Part shown: positions 49,004-56,055 of the stretch, piece by piece
Layout of the letters: the number at the start of each line of letters is the position of its first letter
How positions within the stretch are numbered: position 1 is the stretch's first letter
Source: a virus
Lineage: Duplodnaviria; Caudoviricetes
Direction: 5' to 3' (one strand)
IMG/VR virus record: IMGVR_UViG_3300020161_000771
Coordinates: 5,311 to 69,310 of that record
DNA length: 64,000 nucleotides
Translations under genes and position numbers: made by a program
Notes under the pieces: model-generated
Database searches by the model: none
Told to the model about the DNA's origin: nothing
The model's input: only the letters and a program-made list of their open reading frames with translations

Positions 49004-49309
49004 CTACTTGAATCTCTCTCCTTTGCCTGAACTTTTTCCTGAGCGGTATACCTGTGAGCTTTTAGACCATAGGTGATGATAAGCCCACCAACCTGCAGTT
49101 AGCTTTGAAGAGTTGGCTTCTTTTGCATGACGCTTTCTATATTGCTCTCTAGCTTCTGGGCTATAGTTAGAAGAGTATCCTTTGGCTCCGAATCTAACTA
49201 GGCGTACCTTATCTCCTTCTTTTGCAAGAACTACCTTTTTGTGTACGCCATCTGATGCGTCCTTTGGCTTATTGTAGCCACTGAATTTTTCACCACGATA
49301 CTCTATCAT
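49004..49309 (-). CDS. Conserved small basic phage protein (DUF5824-like)
   Basis: FSGYNKPK...HKKVVLAKEGDKVRLVRFGAKG...RKRHA...TAGWWA. Confidence 0.7.
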   Translation of the reverse strand: MIEYRGEKFSGYNKPKDASDGVHKKVVLAKEGDKVRLVRFGAKGYSSNYSPEAREQYRKRHAKEANSSKLTAGWWAYHHLWSKSSQVYRSGKSSGKGERFK

Positions 49310-49311
49310 AA

Positions 49312-49434
49312 TTATCTACCTTGCCCCCTATACCTCTTAGGTCTAGGAGTATGTTTATTAAATGCTTTTTGAGCCGAACCTAATTTTCTTTTACCAAAGC
49401 TAATCTTCCTGCTATCTGCTTTTGCCTTTGCCAT
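49312..49434 (-). CDS. Small basic protein (40 aa, not in ORF track)
   Basis: Manual translation MAKAKADSRKISFGKRKLGSAQKAFNKHTPRPKRYRGQGR*; exactly fills the gap. Confidence 0.7.
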   Translation of the reverse strand: MAKAKADSRKISFGKRKLGSAQKAFNKHTPRPKRYRGQGR

Positions 49435-49435
49435 T

Positions 49436-50527
49436 TTATTTTTCTAAGTTTTGTCTCATTCTTTGAATATAGTCTATACCATAACCACCTCTAAGCATTC
49501 TTTCAACAAATCTTTTAGAAGATTTGACCATTGACTCCATGCGTTCTCTAGAAATATTACCACCTATTTTAGCTCTTGTTCCAGGTTTTTCAAATCCTTG
49601 ATAATTTTCAGGAACAGATGATGTCTGATATGAGCCAAGCATATCGGCAAATGCAAATTTATATATATCATCCCTATTAATATCTACTTTCCCGAATACT
49701 TGTTTTAGAGTGTTGTCATCCATTTCATTTATTTCTTTTAAAGCTCTTGGAACATACATGGTTTCTAACATTTCGTCTATCTGATATTCATCTGCAGTGT
49801 CTTGAGCTCCACCTTTTATTTCAACCCCATCTTTAACTGATGCGAAATTAAGTTTCTGAGACATTTCATCATTCATTGAAAAAACATTAAATTTCTTTCC
49901 TGCGAATTGAGGAGAAAATGGATTTAATGTATATACATAATCTTCTTTAGTACCTCTGTTTTTAGATGTACTATGTTTAAAAGCATTATATACTTGATAT
50001 GTTCCGTCAGGGTTAGCTCTTAATACAATATTAGTGTGCTCAGGTACACCCTTATCATTATAATGCTGTATTAGCATACCTGGGGCCAATTGTTTCTTTT
50101 TAGCCATATCGGCTATTTCTAAAGCAGTAACTGGTCTGCCTAGTAGTTTTTCAAAACCCGCTTTAGCGTAATTCTTTTCAAAAGTTGGGTTGTATTCTAC
50201 AACCTTACCACCTGTCCTAGATTCTCTTACACCTTCAGCTTCTCCTCCAAACATAGAAAAGTCAACGCCGAAATCTTTATAAATATTACAAGCAGCTCCT
50301 ATACATGTTAAAGAAGGATCTATCCCTTTTTTAGTTGCACTCTCAGCTAATTGATATGGCTGGTCGTTTATAATCATTTGCTGTGCTCTTCTAGCAACAG
50401 CATCACCAAAACGCTTTTGTTGAAACGTCCTTTCTTTTATAGGAACATCTGGGGTAGGATCTGGTTCTTTTTTAGATGGGCTACCTCCATTATTAGCAAT
50501 GATATTTAAAATGTTCTTTAGTGCCAT
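49436..50527 (-). CDS. Protein with CHAP/NlpC-P60-like Cys-His domain
   Basis: LTCIGAAC and PGMLIQH...PEHTNIVL spacing suits papain-like amidases. Confidence 0.5.
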   Translation of the reverse strand: MALKNILNIIANNGGSPSKKEPDPTPDVPIKERTFQQKRFGDAVARRAQQMIINDQPYQLAESATKKGIDPSLTCIGAACNIYKDFGVDFSMFGGEAEGVRESRTGGKVVEYNPTFEKNYAKAGFEKLLGRPVTALEIADMAKKKQLAPGMLIQHYNDKGVPEHTNIVLRANPDGTYQVYNAFKHSTSKNRGTKEDYVYTLNPFSPQFAGKKFNVFSMNDEMSQKLNFASVKDGVEIKGGAQDTADEYQIDEMLETMYVPRALKEINEMDDNTLKQVFGKVDINRDDIYKFAFADMLGSYQTSSVPENYQGFEKPGTRAKIGGNISRERMESMVKSSKRFVERMLRGGYGIDYIQRMRQNLEK

Positions 50528-50528
50528 T

Positions 50529-50678
50529 TTATTTCTTAGTCTTGCCTTTTATTTTCTTTTCTTGTTTTAGCATTGCCGAAGTTGGCTTCTTTTTACTTCC
50601 GACATTGGCACGGATGTTGTCCCACAACCCACGTTGTGAGACAGAACCATCCTTGCGCTTAATCATTTCCTTAGCCAT
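50529..50678 (-). CDS. Small basic protein (49 aa, not in ORF track)
   Basis: Manual translation MAKEMIKRKDGSVSQRGLWDNIRANVGSKKKPTSAMLKQEKKIKGKTKK*. Confidence 0.75.
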   Translation of the reverse strand: MAKEMIKRKDGSVSQRGLWDNIRANVGSKKKPTSAMLKQEKKIKGKTKK

Positions 50679-50679
50679 G

Positions 50680-50934
50680 CTATTTATTTTTATTAGTAGA
50701 CTGAATTGATTTTGCCCTCAAAGCTTCAACAATTGAATTCAAACGAGGTTTAGATCTTGGGATAATTGCATTTTCAACAGCTTTTCTCATTTTTCTTTCG
50801 AATCTAATTTTTGGATCTTTGTTTTCTGGACGAGACTTGAATTGTTTTTGCATAGACGATTCAAATTTATTCTTTAAACTTGGCTTACCCATTTCGCCAA
50901 CTTTTTCAGAAGGCATTTTCTTTTTTTCTTGCAT
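50680..50934 (-). CDS. Small basic protein (84 aa)
   Basis: Track ORF; shares MQKQxKSRPEN with 50936..51160. Confidence 0.7.
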   Translation of the reverse strand: MQEKKKMPSEKVGEMGKPSLKNKFESSMQKQFKSRPENKDPKIRFERKMRKAVENAIIPRSKPRLNSIVEALRAKSIQSTNKNK

Positions 50935-50935
50935 T

Positions 50936-51160
50936 TTATTTATTTTTCTTAGGGGTTGCTCCTTTTATAGAATATTTCATTTGATTTTCTGGACGAGACT
51001 TCCATTGTTTTTGCATAGCTGCCTCATACTTTGCTTTTGAAATTGGGTCAACCTTATTGAGTCTTTCGGCAACTGTTTCTTTTTTTACAGGAACTGCTGC
51101 TTTTTTTGCTGGCATTACTGCTTTTTTTACTGGTGCTGATTTTTTAATATCTTGTGGCAT
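50936..51160 (-). CDS. Small basic protein (74 aa), histone-like PVKKA repeats
   Basis: Track ORF; APVKKAVMPAKKAAVPVKKE. Confidence 0.7.
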   Translation of the reverse strand: MPQDIKKSAPVKKAVMPAKKAAVPVKKETVAERLNKVDPISKAKYEAAMQKQWKSRPENQMKYSIKGATPKKNK

Positions 51161-51161
51161 C

Positions 51162-51395
51162 TTATTTCTTTTTAGATTTTTGTTCTTTCTTTTCTACTTT
51201 CTTACCTTCTTTCTTTTCGTGCATAGCTTTAGCAGCCTTAGAAGCGTATACTTCTTTACCGCCGTACTCTTTGATTTGTTTTTTCACTCTTTTGGGTTTT
51301 TTAGTTTTAAATAATTCCATATCGTCAATCTCTTGTACGATTGGGGCTTCTTCCTTTTTGAAAAGGGATTTTAAGAATTCTATTAGTTTTTTCAT
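51162..51395 (-). CDS. Small Lys-rich protein (77 aa)
   Basis: Track ORF; TATTTTTG motif at 51401-51408 upstream. Confidence 0.7.
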   Translation of the reverse strand: MKKLIEFLKSLFKKEEAPIVQEIDDMELFKTKKPKRVKKQIKEYGGKEVYASKAAKAMHEKKEGKKVEKKEQKSKKK

Positions 51396-51410
51396 AGGTA
51401 CAAAAATAAG

Positions 51411-52031
51411 TTACTTTTGCGAATAAAAACGTACCATGTGCTCTGCTATATCTTCAGGCACTTTCTTGTAGTTTTTCTTAAATGTGCTAGATGCCATAGC
51501 CACTAGCTTATTATCCGAATATATATCTGTAGGGAACTTCTTTAATTTGTGCATCATGCCATAGCTGTATAAATAGATATTAGCCCTTTGTATATACTTA
51601 CCTACGTTAATAGGTAGTCCCCACTTCTTAATCTTATCTACAGCCCTCATCTCACAATCTTTCTCTAGCTCAATCATATCATCAAGCATCTTAGAAACCT
51701 GGGTGCGGTTCATAATCTTCTCTCCTGACAGCCATGCCCACATATTGCTACAGGATACACCCCACTTATCCCACCTGTCGTCACTCTTCCACTGATCCAT
51801 ATGAGATGACTCATGCACAAGTATCTCTACCCACTTATCAAATGGCTTACCACAGGCAACTACCAAGTCCCTGTTGTCTCCATCGAAGTACCCGCCACAC
51901 TCTGTTTCAAAGTCATCTGTTACAACGACCTTTCTTGAGGGAGATAGAACTAAGTCTACCTTATAATCCCTACATTGTCTTTTTACGCTATTTACGAAAG
52001 GCTTAAACTCTTTTGGGATATCGTACTTCAT
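51411..52031 (-). CDS. Zincin-like metallopeptidase (HExxH)
   Basis: ILVHESSHMDQW followed by ELEKDCE; start likely MKYD at 52031. Confidence 0.65.
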   Translation of the reverse strand: MKYDIPKEFKPFVNSVKRQCRDYKVDLVLSPSRKVVVTDDFETECGGYFDGDNRDLVVACGKPFDKWVEILVHESSHMDQWKSDDRWDKWGVSCSNMWAWLSGEKIMNRTQVSKMLDDMIELEKDCEMRAVDKIKKWGLPINVGKYIQRANIYLYSYGMMHKLKKFPTDIYSDNKLVAMASSTFKKNYKKVPEDIAEHMVRFYSQK

Positions 52032-52039
52032 ACGCAAAT

Positions 52040-52546
52040 TTATCTATTATTCATGTATGTTTTTATAGTTGCAACATTGTTGCATTTATCAAATTCCTTG
52101 TACTTCTCGAACCATGAAGACCTAGACCCCTTATATACATAGTCAGGATTGATATAGTAGATATCTGACCCTACACCCTTAGCTATTACCTTCTTGTCCA
52201 TTAGCTCTATAATACCCTTATAAACAGTATTCCTACTTCCTATGTTCAGTTCACTAGCTATCTGCTGTACATTGAGTAATACAGAGTCCCCATTCTTAGG
52301 CATCTGTTTAAAGATATTGGCAAGTATCATTACACCTGCAGGACTCATGGTAAATAGCAAATCATACATATCCTCGTATATACGGACATGGTTCTGAAAA
52401 TCGGCTACCTTGTACTCCTTCTCGTCCCTAAGTACCTCCCCCGTGTCGGAAACGACTTTCTCCTTCTGAGTAGGTATGTTTCTGAAATAATCTCCGTTGA
52501 CCCTAAAAGGGTTGTAGTTGTATACAGGATAATCTTTTAGCTTCAT
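52040..52546 (-). CDS. RepL-like winged-helix DNA-binding protein
   Basis: IASELNIGSRNTVYKGIIELMDKKVI HTH followed by YYINPDYVYKG, a plasmid RepL-type wing motif. Confidence 0.7.
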   Translation of the reverse strand: MKLKDYPVYNYNPFRVNGDYFRNIPTQKEKVVSDTGEVLRDEKEYKVADFQNHVRIYEDMYDLLFTMSPAGVMILANIFKQMPKNGDSVLLNVQQIASELNIGSRNTVYKGIIELMDKKVIAKGVGSDIYYINPDYVYKGSRSSWFEKYKEFDKCNNVATIKTYMNNR

Positions 52547-52586
52547 AGCTTGTATTTTATGGTTTATTGGTCATGCAAGATACCAA

Positions 52587-52672
52587 TGTTCATTTTATTG
52601 AACAAATTTATTTCACTGCAAAAGTTCATTTTTATGAACAAATGGTGCATATTTTGTTCAAAATAGTGAACA
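52587..52672. promoter_or_regulatory. Three palindromic sites GTTCA-N6-TGAAC
   Basis: Cores start at 52588, 52624 and 52656; all have a 6-nt AT-rich spacer. Confidence 0.85.
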
Positions 52673-53002
52673 CGATTTGTTGATACCATTGAGTTGTAGA
52701 GGATTTATATATATATGGATATATAGGAGGTATATAGAGCTGTATATGGATACGCGGTTTCGGTGAAAAAATGGGAGGTGTGTAGTCGTGAAAGGGGTAG
52801 GTATGTAGTCTCGTAAGGGTACCCCTAGCCCAGGAAAAAAAATCGATCCGGTGGAAAGCCAGATCCTACTACTGAGTACCCCAACTTTCAAAATCATATT
52901 ACAAAAAATACTTATTTAATTTTTTTACTATATGTTGTAAGGATATATTACAATTTAAAATATATGCAACGTTGTTGCAAAAGCAGGATACCCCTTTTTT
53001 CA

Positions 53003-53120
53003 TTAACATTTCATTAACAACTTCAATACATAACAAAAAAAAATAATACTAAATAAATTAGTATAAATGATAAACTTTTCTTTAACATATGTTTAACTAC
53101 TCGTTAACACCATTTTAACA
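53003..53120 (+). repeat. TTAAC motifs phased at 11 bp
   Basis: Starts at 53003, 53014 and at 53082, 53093, 53104, 53115. Confidence 0.85.
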
Positions 53121-53176
53121 AATGGCATACTATTTTTACATCATTAATTAATCACTCACTTTTAAATCTTTTAAAA

Positions 53177-53566
53177 ATGTCAAACGCACAAAGCACAACA
53201 GCAACAAACAAAGTAAGCAAAGCAAAAGCCCTAAAAAGCGCAAAAGCCGAAAAACTGTCAAACGTTAAAAAAGTGTTAACGCCTAAAATCACCTACTTAG
53301 CGGAGGGTATCACAGGCAAAGCCCTACAAAGCGCGAAAATCGATACTAACAAAGCGCACAAAGTAGACGCGGGGTCGTTTAGCTATTGTGTTAAACGCGT
53401 GATGCAATTTAACGCGGGATTTTTAGAGGGCTTCGCAGCATATAACGAGGCCGATATCACGCCAAAAAATTTACTACCTCTACGCAGCGAAAAGGAGGCT
53501 TCACGCCCTAATTTTAGCGTGTGGCTTATCATGCAATTAATTTCAAGGTATTACAAAAAAGCGTAA
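53177..53566 (+). CDS. First early-arm gene, Lys/Ala-rich hypothetical protein (129 aa)
   Basis: Track ORF with an A-rich Bacteroidota-type leader; codon usage richer in GCG/CGC than the rest. Confidence 0.75.
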   Translation: MSNAQSTTATNKVSKAKALKSAKAEKLSNVKKVLTPKITYLAEGITGKALQSAKIDTNKAHKVDAGSFSYCVKRVMQFNAGFLEGFAAYNEADITPKNLLPLRSEKEASRPNFSVWLIMQLISRYYKKA

Positions 53567-54080
53567 TACGTTAAAGGTATGTTAACGCACTGAAAATAGG
53601 TGCGTGTCAATAGCGGATATTGGCATACCTCCAAAAATATACCTCTCAAAGCTATTATTGTGGAGAGGTGCAAAGTTTAGGTATAAATTGGCGCAATGCC
53701 AATGGCTAAAATTTTCGGGGTGCAATACCTACAAAATTAGGCCCTAAATTTTAAGGCAATACGTTCTTTGAAATACTAACAACCTTGCAATGTGTAACTC
53801 ACAAAGCGTTAAAGTAATTGTATAAACTCCCTTTTTAGCTATTTTGGGCAATTTAGGGTCGGGAGTATAAACTCAACAAAAATAGATTAAGCGGGTACGC
53901 CTCCGCTCACTTATGTCGTACATAAATAATAGAGGCACAGCAAAACTATCATCAGCTCCGTTCGGAGCAATTCTAATATCACATACATACGCGATAGCGA
54001 ACATATGCACGGCATTGACATGTCGTGATTTTATTATTTGAAGGGAGCTCGGCTAAGGGGGGTCGCACCCCCGCCCTTCA
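53567..54080 (+). ncRNA. Candidate structured non-coding RNA/leader
   Basis: ~510 nt without a credible ORF and with many hairpins (see findings). Confidence 0.4.
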
Positions 54081-54118
54081 TCGAATCAATTTTAATTTTT
54101 AACCTTAAATTTCTAAAA

Positions 54119-54313
54119 ATGGCAACGAAAATCTATTCAAGCAACGGACCACGGATCCGCAGACGCTTATCTGTTTACGACAAAATCGTTAAAAAGTTAG
54201 TACTCCTAGGAGACACAAGAACAGAGGCGCAAAACAAAGCAAGAGACATGTTTAAATTAATCAACATTCAATCACAAGTTAAATTCAGTAATTATGACTA
54301 TGCCTCCAATTAA
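54119..54313 (+). CDS. Early hypothetical protein (64 aa, start MATKIY)
   Basis: In-frame part of track ORF 54038..54313; A-rich leader before 54119. Confidence 0.7.
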   Translation: MATKIYSSNGPRIRRRLSVYDKIVKKLVLLGDTRTEAQNKARDMFKLINIQSQVKFSNYDYASN

Positions 54314-54431
54314 TCAAATGCCATGGGCAGCGTATGCCCAGCTAACACTGTTTGTAATCTTCATGGGTATCTATGGCTACCTAATGGTAAGCCTAATTTT
54401 TTCATTCTTCAAAAAACTATTTAAAAAATGA
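54294..54431 (+). CDS. Small membrane protein (45 aa, not in ORF track)
   Basis: MTMPPINQMPWAAYAQLTLFVIFMGIYGYLMVSLIFSFFKKLFKK*; TGA overlaps the next ATG. Confidence 0.55.
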   Translation: MTMPPINQMPWAAYAQLTLFVIFMGIYGYLMVSLIFSFFKKLFKK

Positions 54432-54634
54432 GCAACAAAAATCTAAATCTGCTTTTCGCAGTACTAATGGCATTAACAACAATGTCAATTACACTTTTAC
54501 TAATAGTGGTACTAGATGCCACGAAAGGTAACATGGGAATACTCTGTATGGTGTCTCTAATAGGTAATATTGTAGCAGCATTGTATTACAGAAATTATAG
54601 AGACCTAAAAAAGAGAGATGACAGAGTTCTATAA
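54428..54634 (+). CDS. Small 2-TM membrane protein (68 aa)
   Basis: Two hydrophobic helices and a basic tail. Confidence 0.7.
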   Translation: MSNKNLNLLFAVLMALTTMSITLLLIVVLDATKGNMGILCMVSLIGNIVAALYYRNYRDLKKRDDRVL

Positions 54635-54848
54635 TAGGTATATAGGACCGCCAACCTATATAGAATTAGAAGATGAGCCAGAATACAAGCTGTACAATAT
54701 CAATGCCACGCATCTAATCAAATATCCCGACGGTAAAATCATAGAGTCGGAGAATGATGCGCTATTTTACTACATAGATGGCGATCGTACGTATTCTGCT
54801 CAAAAGCTATGGCGACTAGAAAAAATCATTTACGAATCTAAAATTTAG
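54618..54848 (+). CDS. Early hypothetical protein (76 aa)
   Basis: Track ORF overlapping its neighbour. Confidence 0.6.
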   Translation: MTEFYNRYIGPPTYIELEDEPEYKLYNINATHLIKYPDGKIIESENDALFYYIDGDRTYSAQKLWRLEKIIYESKI

Positions 54849-54852
54849 TACA

Positions 54853-55089
54853 ATGGATATTATCCAATGTGTCAGGTGTAGTGGGCCTATGCCTGAACTA
54901 CGCTTTACTAAATATGGCTATCGTAGTTGCGTATCATGTAGCACTACTCAAAAGGTAGGCGGTGTACCAATTACTAACCATAAGACAGGCAATTCAATAC
55001 AGGTTGTACCCATGGAAGTAGCTAACAGGATCAATAGACTGGCAGCTAGGCAGGGGTATGGCGTGTGTAAAGGCATGAAACACAATTAA
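54853..55089 (+). CDS. Small zinc-finger protein
   Basis: CVRC...CVSC. Confidence 0.75.
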   Translation: MDIIQCVRCSGPMPELRFTKYGYRSCVSCSTTQKVGGVPITNHKTGNSIQVVPMEVANRINRLAARQGYGVCKGMKHN

Positions 55090-55116
55090 CCAATTCATTC
55101 ATCAAAATCAGTAAAC

Positions 55117-55311
55117 ATGAAAGAGTATAGCAAGTTAGAATTAATCACGCTTGATACTATCGAGCAATCATGGGACGGAGACGAGTTGAAGATAGACGAC
55201 GGAGATACCAGGGTTTGGCTAAGTGCCTATGAAAATAGGCAATACAATGGGGATTACACAATTGAGACGAGGGTAGATGGGAAATGGGAGCAAAAATCAT
55301 TTTATTTCTAA
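55117..55311 (+). CDS. Early hypothetical protein (64 aa)
   Basis: Track ORF with A-rich leader. Confidence 0.7.
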   Translation: MKEYSKLELITLDTIEQSWDGDELKIDDGDTRVWLSAYENRQYNGDYTIETRVDGKWEQKSFYF

Positions 55312-55329
55312 ACCAATAAATCAATACAA

Positions 55330-55560
55330 ATGCAGTATTATCTAGTAGTCATGAATCACGCAGACGTGAGCCTAACACAGTACAAATTACCAATCGGGTG
55401 GGAAGACATGGACGACATCTCATCTGTTGACGAGTATGCAGAAAGGTACATGTACATTGACCTATCCAACTGTAATTGGATGCTAAGTGACAAAGTTATC
55501 TTCATGAATAATGCGTTTTTAATTACACCACAGGATTTCGTAAACCATAGTGTAAGATAA
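55330..55560 (+). CDS. Early hypothetical protein (76 aa)
   Basis: Track ORF with A-rich leader. Confidence 0.7.
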   Translation: MQYYLVVMNHADVSLTQYKLPIGWEDMDDISSVDEYAERYMYIDLSNCNWMLSDKVIFMNNAFLITPQDFVNHSVR

Positions 55561-55680
55561 CTATCATGCTGTTCCTATTAATCATTATCTCTGTTTCTAT
55601 TTCAGTTGTCATAGTCAGAGATGCCCACTCGAAAGATAGCGGGTACACAGACAAATTCCTAAACCTTTAAATCAAATTGT

Positions 55681-56043
55681 ATGATAAATGCAAAAGAAGA
55701 GTTATTAGAAATTCTAAACCATGTTAAAAAAATGCATGGAGCAGATGTATTGTGCGCTAGTATTCACTTTGGGAGTGCCGCTAGTGTTAGCCTCGGAGAA
55801 AATCGCTTTGAATTAAAAAAGGGGTACACAGATGAAGAGTTTGCCTACTTTTTGTCAAGTATTGATTTCGAATATCAGAATGGTTATGGGATACAAAATC
55901 TGTTTGGTAAAGTGTGGCTAACAAATGGAGTTTGGCTAGATAGGGGAGAGTATGACGGATCAGAGTGGTGGGAGCATTATAAATACCCCGAATTACCTGC
56001 CGATGTAATAATAAATGAATCACTTAAAAACCTAAACCTATAA
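55681..56043 (+). CDS. Conserved phage hypothetical protein (120 aa)
   Basis: YQNGYGIQNLFGKVWL.NGVWLDRGEYDGSEWW motif recurrent in phage early regions. Confidence 0.75.
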   Translation: MINAKEELLEILNHVKKMHGADVLCASIHFGSAASVSLGENRFELKKGYTDEEFAYFLSSIDFEYQNGYGIQNLFGKVWLTNGVWLDRGEYDGSEWWEHYKYPELPADVIINESLKNLNL

Positions 56044-56055
56044 ACCCAAATAAAC

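Noticed and set aside
53567-54080. tRNA gene or CRISPR mini-array in the non-coding early region
   Set aside because: No cloverleaf with D-loop, anticodon arm and TTC T-loop; no regularly spaced repeat-spacer units.
54038-54118. Track start at 54038 (MKGARLRG...)
   Set aside because: Runs through the GC-rich RNA structure; the ATG at 54119 has the A-rich leader typical of this genome.
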